From a bacterium (lineage in GTDB: Bacteria; RBG-13-61-14; DATKZS01), in contig CAXXFL010000004.1 in the NCBI GenBank assembly GCA_963674965.2, positions 160,001-224,000 of the forward strand: a stretch of DNA of 64,000 nucleotides. The letters are read 5' to 3'. The notes under the pieces were generated by a model. The model ran no database searches, was not told the DNA's origin, and was given only the letters and a program-made list of their open reading frames with translations. Within the stretch, counting starts at the first letter, position 1, and each line of letters opens with the position of its first letter. The position numbers and the translations under genes are program-made. Shown here one piece after another: positions 30,318-39,807 of this stretch.

Positions 30318-31148
30318 CTACTCCTTTTTATTCTTTCCGAACAGGACCTCCATGAACTTTCCGGCGGCCAGTTCCATCATGACCTGCCTGGGCACGCAGT
30401 GCTGGGGTGCGAAGGTCCGGATGTATTCGATCTCCTCTTCCGTCGGGGTGGGCGGCGGCTTGATGGGGTCGGCCACTTTCAGGTCCCAGGGGACCTTGGC
30501 CTTGATATCTTCCGCGGTGAAGCCGGGGAGGAGACTCTCGAGGTAAATCTCCTTGGTGACCTTGTCGAAGCGGAAGATGCCCTCCGTGCTGATCAGCATG
30601 GTGGGACCGCTTCCCTTGGGGAAAAGGCCCGAGTCGTCCCTTTCGCTCCCGCCGCCGAGATAGCCCGGCGAGGTGAAGTAATCGAGCTTCTCCACGAACT
30701 CGCCGTTCCTAAGGGTCAGGATGGTCTCCTGGGCGTAGGCGATGAAGTCGGGCGCGCCGCCCGCGCCGGTCAGCCTCATGCCGGTGGTGGGTCCTCCCTC
30801 CATGAAGGAGGTGTTGAGGTTGCCGTACCTGTCCACCTGCCCCACCCCCAGTATGGCCTTGTCCACGAAGCCCCGGTAATTGATGGTGGTGAAGGTATTG
30901 AACAGGTCCTCGGCGCAGGCGAAGCCGCGAAGGCACATGACGTCCGCGATGTGGTTGGGCGGGACCTGGGGCTCGAAGTCGATGATCCCCGCCTCGGTCA
31001 TGAGCACGCAGTTGGGCGCGTTAATGGCCTTGGCCAGGCCGCCGGCCGTGGTGGGAAGACCCACGCCAAGGATGACCTTGTCGCCGTCCTTGATCTCGCG
31101 CGCCACCGCGATGATCATGAGTTCCTCTTTAGTCGCTTTTTTCGACAT
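30318..31148 (-). CDS. CoA-transferase subunit B (glutaconate CoA-transferase-like)
   Basis: GVGLP, candidate catalytic Glu in MTEAG, QVDRYGNLNT, GAGGA, FVEKLDYFTSPG. Confidence 0.88.
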   Translation of the reverse strand: MSKKATKEELMIIAVAREIKDGDKVILGVGLPTTAGGLAKAINAPNCVLMTEAGIIDFEPQVPPNHIADVMCLRGFACAEDLFNTFTTINYRGFVDKAILGVGQVDRYGNLNTSFMEGGPTTGMRLTGAGGAPDFIAYAQETILTLRNGEFVEKLDYFTSPGYLGGGSERDDSGLFPKGSGPTMLISTEGIFRFDKVTKEIYLESLLPGFTAEDIKAKVPWDLKVADPIKPPPTPTEEEIEYIRTFAPQHCVPRQVMMELAAGKFMEVLFGKNKKE

Positions 31149-32193
31149 CTATCAAAAACCCCCTTTCCTCGAGGATATTCTCGATCTCTTGTCTGGTCTT
31201 GCCCCAGTACCTCATCTTGCCCTCCTCGTCCCACATGGAGTCGAAGGCCGCGCCGTAGTCCGCCGGAGCCGAGTAATAAGGCCGGGCCATGAGGGCGTCC
31301 AGGCTTTTCTTGCCGAACTTCCGGACGTAGCGCTCGATATAGGACGCCCGGTCCTCCACGCCGTAGACCCACTCGTCCATCCAGGCCATGAAGCCCTCCT
31401 CCGTCTTGTTGGCCATGTCGGCCAGGGACCAGAAAAGAACGTCCAGGTTGTAGCAGCCCGAAAGCTCGGCGGGATGGGCCCCAAGCGGCTCCTCGATGAC
31501 CGCGTCCACCCGGAAGCCGGGAACGATGGTGTTGTGGGGACTGCTCTTGACAATGTCCTCGTGGACGATCTCCTCGCAGCTCACGATCACCTTCTTGCTG
31601 GCAAGGCAAGCCCACTTGACCGACCCCAGGGCCCCCCAGTACTGGGCGTTCCCGTGCCTGTCGGCCCGCTGGACGTGAACGACGCACACGTCGGGGTTGA
31701 CGCCCTGGACCACGGGTATGGGCTTTTTGGTATAAGGGCACTCGACCACCCGGAACTTGTCCTCCCCCATGAAGTCACGGACCTTGAACACGTCCGAGGT
31801 CATGATCGCCGGAAGCACGGGCATAAAGGAATAGCCCATGGCCCCGGCCGTGAGCATGGCGTTGTAGGTGAAGTTCGAGAAATCCTCGGCCCGAACCTTG
31901 CCCGCCCGCTGGCGGCGCTCGAGCATGCTGCCGCCCGAGCGGCCGCCCGAGCGAAGGCAATAGGTCAGCACCGCCCGGTCCACGCAGCCGCCGGCAATGA
32001 GCATCTCCACGTCGAACACCCCCGACTGGCTGTAGATGGTCAGGCCCTTTATGCCCCGGCGGATTATCTCGGATATCTGGTTGTAACAGGTCCCGACCGT
32101 GTAGTTGCCGATCACAAGCTCGCAGCCGTCACGCACGAACCGCTCGATCGCCTCCCCCGTCGTCATGATTTTACTCGCCTTATTCTCCGGCAT
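31129..32193 (-). CDS. CoA-transferase subunit A
   Basis: PDVCVVHVQRADRHGNAQ, VIVSCEEIV, PLGAHP. Confidence 0.88.
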   Translation of the reverse strand: MPENKASKIMTTGEAIERFVRDGCELVIGNYTVGTCYNQISEIIRRGIKGLTIYSQSGVFDVEMLIAGGCVDRAVLTYCLRSGGRSGGSMLERRQRAGKVRAEDFSNFTYNAMLTAGAMGYSFMPVLPAIMTSDVFKVRDFMGEDKFRVVECPYTKKPIPVVQGVNPDVCVVHVQRADRHGNAQYWGALGSVKWACLASKKVIVSCEEIVHEDIVKSSPHNTIVPGFRVDAVIEEPLGAHPAELSGCYNLDVLFWSLADMANKTEEGFMAWMDEWVYGVEDRASYIERYVRKFGKKSLDALMARPYYSAPADYGAAFDSMWDEEGKMRYWGKTRQEIENILEERGFLIDVEKSD

Positions 32194-32326
32194 TAATAAA
32201 TCTCCTCGCGAAAAATTTGAAGGCTATTTTATCACGGAAAAGCCGGGAGTCGGATTTTGATCGGCGCGGGTACCCCGCGGCGCCCGGTGGGTTCCCTCGG
32301 CCCTCGCCCACGTGCTACTATAAACA

Positions 32327-32740
32327 ATGATGGACAGGGAAGGACATATTACTCTTCTGACGCTCAGCCTGGGGGCGATAGCGTTGTCCTTTATCTTGCG
32401 GGCGGGACCGGACTTCGTTTATATCCCGGCGGCCTGGGGATTGAGGGCGCCCGGCACGTGCCCGTTCCACGACCTTACCGGACTCAACTGCCCCTTTTGC
32501 GGACTTACAAGAGGCTTCGTGGCCCTGGCTCACGGTGACTTGAGAAGGGCGATCGAGTTCAACGCCATGGCGCCGGCGGCGTTCATTTTCATCGCGTCGC
32601 AGATTCCCTACAGGGCGCTGGCGCTTTGGAGAGGAAACGAGGGCAGGCTGGGAGCGAGGCTGCAAAAGCTGGCGCTTTACTTGATCGGCTCCGCTCTCCT
32701 GATACAATGGCTTTTTTATTTGCTCGCGAGGCTTTTATAA
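32327..32740 (+). CDS. DUF2752 membrane protein
   Basis: CPFHDLTGLNCPFCGLTRG motif. Confidence 0.85.
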   Translation: MMDREGHITLLTLSLGAIALSFILRAGPDFVYIPAAWGLRAPGTCPFHDLTGLNCPFCGLTRGFVALAHGDLRRAIEFNAMAPAAFIFIASQIPYRALALWRGNEGRLGARLQKLALYLIGSALLIQWLFYLLARLL

Positions 32741-32813
32741 AGGTTTCCACCCGCTTGAAAAAAGGAGATGGTATGAATGAAGAGTTTTGAGGTGGTAAAT
32801 ACTTCAACTAGGT

Positions 32814-32994
32814 TAGGAATGATCTATTGGAGTAGGCGGGTCGTGGGCTGGATCGTTTTCGTGAGGCTTATGACCTCGTAAAGGAGATTAGTCAGCCCCG
32901 CGACTGGAGCGCCACCGTAAGGCTAGACCTTGTATAGGAGTTTGGCGGCCCCTCAAAGCGTGTCTACTCCGACCTTAGATCAAATTTATTTCTA
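32814..32994 (+). ncRNA. Candidate IS110 bridge RNA
   Basis: Nested stems TGATCTA/TAGATCA, TTGGAGTAGGC/GTCTACTCCGA, GGTCGTGGGCTG/CAGCCCCGCGACT, CGCCA/TGGCG. Confidence 0.6.
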
Positions 32995-33009
32995 GGGAGG
33001 AGTAAGGAA

Positions 33010-34026
33010 ATGGGAAGGTACATTGGAATCGATCTGCACAGGAATTGTTTCACCTCTTGCGTCCTGGCCGAGAACGGACGGAACTATCTCAAGGACTGGC
33101 GTCTCGAGGATTTGGAGAAGTTTTGCTCGACGCTTCGCGAGTCCGACGAGATCGCGGTTGAGGTCACGGGCAACGTCCGCCTTTTTTACGACGCCGTTCG
33201 CGGCCTCGTTTCCCGCGTCGTGGTTGTCAACCCTCGCCAGTTCAAGGTCATCAGCGAGTCGGTCAACAAAACGGACGGCAACGACGCCAGACGCCTTGCC
33301 CTGTTTTTGTCCAAGGGCCTTTTGCCGGAGGTGAGGATGCCGAACAAGGAACACGCTCAGGTTAAAAGCCTCACTCAAAGCCGGGACAAGCTGGTGAAGC
33401 TTCGCACGGCCTTGAAGAACAAGATCAACAACATCTGCTCGGCCCACGGCATCAACCTGAAGAAGGAATATCTTTCCAGCGAGAAGGGCCTTGAGACGGT
33501 GCAGGAGATACCTTTCGACCCCATGGTCAAGACCGAGGTCCGCGTCCTGGTGGAGCAGATTCGGGGCTTGAACGCCGGGGTCAAGGAGCTTGAGGCCGCC
33601 ATCAAGGACTCGGGCAATCAGCTTCCCGGTCACAAGAATTTGAAGAGCATAAAGGGTATCGGGGACCTTGGCTCGGCCATACTTTTGTCGGTGATCGTTG
33701 ACGTCAAGGACTTCCCCGACGAGGGCAAGCTGGCCTCCTACTTCGGCATCGTCCCCCGGGTTAGCAACTCGAACGAGACCAGCCGCTCGGGCCGGATCAC
33801 GAAGCGGGGCAACAAACTCGGCCGCACTACCCTGGTCCAATGCGCCCTCATCGCCAAGCGTTACAGCCCTTATTTGTCGAGCTTCTACGAGCGTATCAAG
33901 GCCAGGCGCGGCGCGGGCAAGGCCATCATCGCACTGGCTCGCAAATTTTTGAAGATCATTTACATCACTTTACAGGAAAACTTGATTTGGGAGGACTTCC
34001 CGAACGGAGTAATAGCGAAAGGCTGA
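33010..34026 (+). CDS. IS110 family transposase (DEDD recombinase)
   Basis: IGIDLH, AVEVTG, KTDGNDA; YFGIVPRVSNS; ITKRGN; IALARK. Confidence 0.96.
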   Translation: MGRYIGIDLHRNCFTSCVLAENGRNYLKDWRLEDLEKFCSTLRESDEIAVEVTGNVRLFYDAVRGLVSRVVVVNPRQFKVISESVNKTDGNDARRLALFLSKGLLPEVRMPNKEHAQVKSLTQSRDKLVKLRTALKNKINNICSAHGINLKKEYLSSEKGLETVQEIPFDPMVKTEVRVLVEQIRGLNAGVKELEAAIKDSGNQLPGHKNLKSIKGIGDLGSAILLSVIVDVKDFPDEGKLASYFGIVPRVSNSNETSRSGRITKRGNKLGRTTLVQCALIAKRYSPYLSSFYERIKARRGAGKAIIALARKFLKIIYITLQENLIWEDFPNGVIAKG

Positions 34027-34087
34027 GTTTGTAAAATAATTCAGCTAATTTAAAAGGTTGGGTAGACAACCATCATAGGAGGAAGCG

Positions 34088-34906
34088 ATGGCGCAATGCC
34101 CCCGTTGCTCGAGTCGGATACCGGATGGTTCGGCTAAATGCCCCAATTGCGGGGCCGACCTGATAATGGCGCCGGGCGGCTACGCGGGTCCCCCTCCGGG
34201 ACCGGGCGTTCCTTCGCCGGGACAGCCTTTCCGTCCGCCCTTGGCCCCTCCTCCGCCGGGATACTACCAGGGAGCGCCGGGCGGATTCCCGCCGCCCCCG
34301 CCCGCTCCCGAGAAAACCTCGGGCGCGGCCGCGGCCTCTCTCATCCTTGCCATCCTGGGCGTATGCTCCGGAGGCATCCTGGGTATAGTGGGCATGGTGG
34401 TCGGATTTATCGCCCTGTCCTCGATCAACAAGTCGGGTGGGCGGCTGGGTGGAAAGGGACTGGCCATCGGCGGCATAGCCGTCGGGGGCGTCTCGATTTT
34501 CGTGGGCCTGTTCGTGATGGGCATCGTGGCCGCCATTTCCATACCGAGCTTCCTCAAGTACCAGGGCAAGGCCAAACAGGCCGTCGCGAGAACCGAGATA
34601 AACGATTTCCATCTCGCACAGCAAAGGTATTACCTCAGCTATAACGAGTACGCCGACAGCTTCGATACGCTGGGATGGTTTCCGCGAAACGATACTTCTT
34701 ACGCGTATTTTTTAGGACAGGACGAAATCCAGCCCATCGCGGGGGGCCCATATGACCTGCCCCGCGACGTTTATACCTGGGTTGAAAAACACGACTGGCA
34801 GATCATCGCCGTGGCCAATATTGATAGTGACCCGACCCTGGACATATGGATGATGAACAGCGACAAGGGTGAGGTCGAGTGCCTGCTCGACGACTCGGTT
34901 AATTAG
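34088..34906 (+). CDS. Zinc-ribbon / Pro-rich / DUF4190 / pilin-like domain protein
   Basis: CPRC..CPNCG; poly-Pro; TSGAAAASLILAILG..GKGLAIGG; IVAAISIPSFLKYQGKAKQ. Confidence 0.8.
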   Translation: MAQCPRCSSRIPDGSAKCPNCGADLIMAPGGYAGPPPGPGVPSPGQPFRPPLAPPPPGYYQGAPGGFPPPPPAPEKTSGAAAASLILAILGVCSGGILGIVGMVVGFIALSSINKSGGRLGGKGLAIGGIAVGGVSIFVGLFVMGIVAAISIPSFLKYQGKAKQAVARTEINDFHLAQQRYYLSYNEYADSFDTLGWFPRNDTSYAYFLGQDEIQPIAGGPYDLPRDVYTWVEKHDWQIIAVANIDSDPTLDIWMMNSDKGEVECLLDDSVN

Positions 34907-35694
34907 GACCCGGCCCGGCTTATGCCGAAGGCGCGAAAAGCGTTGGCCGTGGTGGCCTCGGCCACTTGTTCGAGGCTTTGATTCCTTATCCCGGCTATGG
35001 TCTCGGCCACCAGCCTTACATAGGCGGGCTCGTTTCTCTTTCCCCTGTGGGGCATGGGCGTGAGGAAGGGGCAATCGGTCTCGATAAGAATCCTGTCCGC
35101 CGGAAGTGACGCGGCCACCTCCGGCGCCTGCCTGGCGTTCTTATAGGTAATCGTGCCGGGAAAGGATATATAAAACCCCATGGCTAAAAGCTGACGGGCC
35201 ATCTCGGGGGACCCCGCGTAACAATGCATGATTCCCCCCGCCCGTGGCGCGCCGTCCTCGCGCAGGATTCTCATCAGATCGCCGTGGGCGTCCCGGTCGT
35301 GGATGACCACCGGCACGTCGAGTTCTCGCGCCAGGCCGAGCTGGTCGCGGAACCTTTTTATCTGGACTTCCCGGGGCGAGTAATTCTTGAAGTAATCCAG
35401 CCCGATCTCCCCGATGGCCACGACCTTTTCCCTTTTCGCCATGTCCCTTATCAGGCTGAGGTCCTCGTCCGTTATCTTCTTGGCGTCGTGAGGATGGACC
35501 CCGGCCGTGGCCCAGATATTCTCCCGACTCTCGGCCACCTCCAGCGCCCTTTGCATGCACTCGAGTCCGTCGCCCGAGCCGATGGTCACAATATACTCGA
35601 CCCCCGCCTCCCGGGCGCGGGCGATGACCTGGTCCCGGTCCTTATCAAAGGCCGGAAAATCCAGGTGAGCGTGAGTATCGAAAAGGGATATCAT
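34903..35694 (-). CDS. tatD: TatD family hydrolase
   Basis: DTHAHL, GVHPH, GEIGLDY, IHDRDA, HCY, ETDCPFL. Confidence 0.95.
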   Translation of the reverse strand: MISLFDTHAHLDFPAFDKDRDQVIARAREAGVEYIVTIGSGDGLECMQRALEVAESRENIWATAGVHPHDAKKITDEDLSLIRDMAKREKVVAIGEIGLDYFKNYSPREVQIKRFRDQLGLARELDVPVVIHDRDAHGDLMRILREDGAPRAGGIMHCYAGSPEMARQLLAMGFYISFPGTITYKNARQAPEVAASLPADRILIETDCPFLTPMPHRGKRNEPAYVRLVAETIAGIRNQSLEQVAEATTANAFRAFGISRAGS

Positions 35695-35717
35695 CTCAAA
35701 AGCTAACCGCGCGGCGC

Positions 35718-37253
35718 CTATTTGTCCTCGATTCTGGGAAACAGCGCCGGCCCCTTGGTCATCCTGGTGTCCGCCTTCAGGCCGCACCATTTGACCTTGT
35801 CCGCCAGCGGCGGGTCGGAGGGTTTGCCCGGAGCGCCGATCTGTTCCCACATCTTTTCGGCCGACTCGGGCATGAACGGCGATATAAGTATGGCGGTGAT
35901 TCTCAGGCACTCGGCCAGGTTGTAAAGCACCGTGCCCAGCCTTTCCTTTTTTTCCGGGTCCTTGGCGAGAGTAAAGGGGGCGGTTTGGTCCACGTACTTG
36001 TTGGCCCTGCTTATCATGGCCCAGATCGAGGTAAGGGTCCGGCTGAAGCCGCATTCGGCCATGGCCGCCCGGACCTCCGTGACCGAGGTCTCGACCTGGC
36101 TTATCAGGTCCCGGTCCACGTCCTCGAGGGCGCCGGGGGCGGGTATGATTCCTCCCACGTACTTGCCGGCCATGCCCGCCGTCCGTGAAAGGAGGTTGCC
36201 CAGGTCGTTGGCCAGGTCGGAGTTGATCCTGCCCACCAGGGCCTGGTAAGAAAAGTCGCCGTCCAGCCCGAAGGGTATTTCCCTGAGCACGAAATAACGG
36301 AAGGGCTCGAGCCCGTACTTCTCGATCACCTCGTACGGATTAATGAAGTTGCCAAGGGACTTGCTCATTTTCTGGCCGTCGTTGGTCCACCAGCCGTGAG
36401 CGAAGACGGTCTCCGGCAGGGGCAGGCCGGCGCTCATGAGCAGGCACGGCCAGATGACCGCGTGATGTCTCAGGATGTCCTTCCCGATAAGGTGGACGCC
36501 GGCGGGCCAGAACTTGTTATATTTCTCGTCGTCCTCCTGCCCGAAGCCCAGGGCGGAGATATAGTTGGTCAGGGCGTCGACCCAGACGTAAAGCACGTGA
36601 TCCGTCGTTCCCGGCACGTGTATGCCCCAGTTGAAGCTGACCCGCGAGATGGAAAGGTCGTTAAGTCCCATCTCGACGAAGCTTTTGATCTCGTTTCTCC
36701 TGCTCTCGGGCATGATGAACCGGGGATGGCTCTCGATGTGCTCGAGCAGCTTGTCCTGGTACTTGCTCATGCGGAAGAAATAGGAGGGCTCGGACACCTT
36801 CTCCACCGGTCTTCCGCACATGGGGCACTTGCCGTCCTTGAGCTGCAACTCGGTGTAAAAGGTCTCGCAGGGAACGCAGTAAATACCCTCGTACTTGCCC
36901 AGGTAAACGTCGCCCGCCGCCTCGATCCTCTTGTAGAGCTCCGCGACGCCCTTTTTATGCCTTGCCTCGGTGGTCCTGACGTAGTCGTCGTTCCCGATCT
37001 TCATGTAGCGCCAAAGTTCCTTGAAATGCTCCGAGTTCTTGTCCGCCAGCTCTTGAGGCGTGATCCCCGCCAGCTCGGCCGCCCGCTGCATCTTCTGCCC
37101 ATGCTCGTCCGTGCCGGTAAGGAAATAAACTTCCTTTCCCGCAAGTCGGTGGTAGCGGGCCAGGACGTCGGCCGCCAGGGTGGTGTAGGCGTGTCCGATG
37201 TGGGGCACGTCGTTGACGTAATAAATGGGGGTCGTGACGTAGAACTTTTCCAT
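35718..37253 (-). CDS. metG: Methionine--tRNA ligase (short form)
   Basis: TTPIYYVN, HIGH, KMSKS, Zn knuckle. Confidence 0.97.
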   Translation of the reverse strand: MEKFYVTTPIYYVNDVPHIGHAYTTLAADVLARYHRLAGKEVYFLTGTDEHGQKMQRAAELAGITPQELADKNSEHFKELWRYMKIGNDDYVRTTEARHKKGVAELYKRIEAAGDVYLGKYEGIYCVPCETFYTELQLKDGKCPMCGRPVEKVSEPSYFFRMSKYQDKLLEHIESHPRFIMPESRRNEIKSFVEMGLNDLSISRVSFNWGIHVPGTTDHVLYVWVDALTNYISALGFGQEDDEKYNKFWPAGVHLIGKDILRHHAVIWPCLLMSAGLPLPETVFAHGWWTNDGQKMSKSLGNFINPYEVIEKYGLEPFRYFVLREIPFGLDGDFSYQALVGRINSDLANDLGNLLSRTAGMAGKYVGGIIPAPGALEDVDRDLISQVETSVTEVRAAMAECGFSRTLTSIWAMISRANKYVDQTAPFTLAKDPEKKERLGTVLYNLAECLRITAILISPFMPESAEKMWEQIGAPGKPSDPPLADKVKWCGLKADTRMTKGPALFPRIEDK

Positions 37254-37361
37254 GGCAATCCTCTTCGGCTACGGGTAAGATCGATCTTATTGATGGTATT
37301 ATGGAGGGCGACCAATATCAAGTTCCGGATGGCGTTTAAAACCGGGTGATATTTCGTTCAT

Positions 37362-37402
37362 GAAAAAAACGCGCCGTGAGAACCCGTCCCCCGGCGCGCG
37401 TA
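37362..37402 (-). terminator. Intrinsic terminator after the sulfatase gene
   Basis: Minus strand CGCGCCG...CGGCGCG followed by T7. Confidence 0.55.
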
Positions 37403-37419
37403 TTTCAAGTTACGAGGCC

Positions 37420-39627
37420 TTATTCGCTATTTATCTCTTTATCGTTATCGGCCGGCTTGTCCTTTTCTTTTCCCTCTTCCTCCTTGGGGGATCCCTCGGG
37501 GGGAAGACCGTTCGCCACCCTGGCGTTTATCAGGGCTTCCATGAACTTGGGCACGAGCTTTAAAGACGGGTCCTCCTCGAAGCTTTTCTCCAGGGGCTCG
37601 AGGGACTCCTTGATCCTGCCCTGCTCGATCAGGAACTGGGCCCATTCCTGAAGATATAAAATGTCGTCGGGCTTAGCCAACTGACCCGCCCGCTGGAACT
37701 CGGCCTCGGCCAGGGCCGGCCGTCCCTGCCGCTTGTAGACCAGGGCCATGCCCACCGCTCCCAGCGGGGTATCGACGACTTTCTCGTTCTGGAACTCGGC
37801 GAAGGCCTTGTCGTGGTCGCCAAGCTCGAGATATATCCTGCCCAGGAAGTACCGGGCCTGGACGCTGTCTTTAAGCTCGATCGATTTCTGGAAGGCCTTG
37901 GCCGCGTCCTGAAGGTATATCTGGGCCTCCTCCAGCATGTCCTTCTGGCGGGCCGCGTCGGCCAGTCTCATGTTGATCTTGCCGATCTGGACCCATCCCT
38001 CCTCGTTTTCCACCTGCCGCGTGAACCATGTATGGTAGGCCGCGATGGCCTCCTCGTAGCGGCCCAGGGCGAACAGGGCCTTGGCACGCGTCTCGAGGGC
38101 CACGGGGCTTTGCGTGTCGCCCTCGAGGACCTCGTCGGAAACGGCCAGCATCTTGTCGAACTGGTCCGCGACCAAAAGTTGGTTCAGGTTTTGCAACTTG
38201 GGTATTAGGTGCTGATAATCGAGCACGTCCTTTTTCATGGCCTTGTTGACGTCGCCCTCGAAGCCCCCGACCACGTAACCGAGGGCGTCAAGTTGGGCCA
38301 TGATCTCGGGAGAAAGGTCGCCCTCCTCCAACTCGGCGCTCTCGAGCTTGTCGCGCGACCATTCGCTCTCGAGACCGTCCAGCCTGGAGCGCATAATGTT
38401 GGCCTGCTTGCACGCGTCCCTCTTGGCGGGGTCCTCGTCATCGCATCCTCCCTCGATGAGATTTTTCAGCTCCTTGGGGTCGTCCTCGAGGTCGAACAGC
38501 AAAGGCTTTGGGGACTTGATGTATTTGTATTCCTTGTTCACCAGACCCGAGAGGGGGGCCCAGCCGTAATGCAGAAAAACGGACTTGCTTTCCATGTAGG
38601 CGAACCTGTCGGCCGGCGGAGGGGTCGCGCCATCGATAAGTCCCCAAAGGCTTTCCCCCGAGGCCTGAGCGGGAATCTCGATACCAAGGTAATCGAGCAC
38701 CGTGGGCAGGACGTCGATCTGGGAGGCGATGGTTTTAATCCGGGTTCCCGGCCTGGTCATGTTGGGAAAACGAGCGATCATGGGGATGTGCTGGGTACCC
38801 TCATAGATAAAGTTGGAATGGGTGGGCTCGTCATGCTCTCCAAGACCCTCGCCGTGGTCGCCCAGGCAGATGATTATGGTGTCGTCGTAAACCTTTAATT
38901 CTTTCAGCTTATCGAAAAGCCTTCCGATCTGCTTGTCCATGAAGGCTATTTCACCGTCGTATTTGGAAGGGTAAAGGAGCTTGTATTCCTCGGGCGGGTC
39001 GTAGGTCGCGTGAGGGTCGTAAAAATGCACCCACATGAAAAAGGGCTTGTCGTGATGCTCGCTAAGCCAGGCCATGCTCGCGTCGGCCGTCTTGTTTCCC
39101 AGACGCTCCGCGACAAGCACCGATCCTTCCTCCTGTTCCTCCAGTTCCTCCTCGTCCCAGTGATCGAACCCCTGGTCGAGCTTGAAGACTTTTCTCAGGA
39201 CCGCCGCGCTGATAAAAGCCGCCGTCTGATAGCCGTTCTTTTTCAGCGCCTCCGCCATGGTCTCGAGCTTGGCCGGAACGCGGTAGGCCCCGTTGTCGAT
39301 GACGCCGTTATATAGGGGGACCGTGCCGGTGAAAATGGAGGTATGGGCCGGAAGCGTAAGGGGTATATGGCTGTAGAACCGCTCGAAAAGCACTCCCTCC
39401 CTGGCCAGCCGGTTCAAGGTAGGGGTCTCGATCCAGCTATGGCCATAGGCCCGGATATGGTCGGCCCGCGTGGTGTCCATGGTGACGATAAGAACGTTCG
39501 GCTTGGATTTTTTCGAGCACGCCGACGAGCCGGCCAGGGTCCAGACAAGGCCGCCTCCGATAAGCATCCAGGCCAGGACCGCGGCCGCAAGGATTATGGA
39601 ACCGCGTCCGTTTCGAGTTTTTGCCAT
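37420..39627 (-). CDS. Sulfatase-like hydrolase/transferase with C-terminal TPRs
   Basis: TMDTTRADH, TLPAHTS, HFYDPH, GDHGE; TPR tail. Confidence 0.88.
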   Translation of the reverse strand: MAKTRNGRGSIILAAAVLAWMLIGGGLVWTLAGSSACSKKSKPNVLIVTMDTTRADHIRAYGHSWIETPTLNRLAREGVLFERFYSHIPLTLPAHTSIFTGTVPLYNGVIDNGAYRVPAKLETMAEALKKNGYQTAAFISAAVLRKVFKLDQGFDHWDEEELEEQEEGSVLVAERLGNKTADASMAWLSEHHDKPFFMWVHFYDPHATYDPPEEYKLLYPSKYDGEIAFMDKQIGRLFDKLKELKVYDDTIIICLGDHGEGLGEHDEPTHSNFIYEGTQHIPMIARFPNMTRPGTRIKTIASQIDVLPTVLDYLGIEIPAQASGESLWGLIDGATPPPADRFAYMESKSVFLHYGWAPLSGLVNKEYKYIKSPKPLLFDLEDDPKELKNLIEGGCDDEDPAKRDACKQANIMRSRLDGLESEWSRDKLESAELEEGDLSPEIMAQLDALGYVVGGFEGDVNKAMKKDVLDYQHLIPKLQNLNQLLVADQFDKMLAVSDEVLEGDTQSPVALETRAKALFALGRYEEAIAAYHTWFTRQVENEEGWVQIGKINMRLADAARQKDMLEEAQIYLQDAAKAFQKSIELKDSVQARYFLGRIYLELGDHDKAFAEFQNEKVVDTPLGAVGMALVYKRQGRPALAEAEFQRAGQLAKPDDILYLQEWAQFLIEQGRIKESLEPLEKSFEEDPSLKLVPKFMEALINARVANGLPPEGSPKEEEGKEKDKPADNDKEINSE

Positions 39628-39807
39628 GCGATATGATCCTCCAATTAATTTAGGCTTCCCGCGGGAGCCGCCGAATGGGTATATGTGTTTTGATTCCCCC
39701 GGAAAAAAATGGTTCGATTTTCAATCCTCCACCGATTATCCAACGTCCATCCTGGAGGTTCAAGACGCGAGAAGCGGAGGCGGGGAAAGGAATGGCTAAG
39801 ATACGGA

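Larger units (their letters stand above)
32809..34079 (+). mobile_element. IS110-family insertion sequence, bounded by TAGG at 32809-12 and 34076-79
   Basis: Intact transposase, about 200 nt structured 5' non-coding region, no terminal inverted repeats; removal restores ...CAACTAGGAGGAAGCGATG. Confidence 0.75.
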
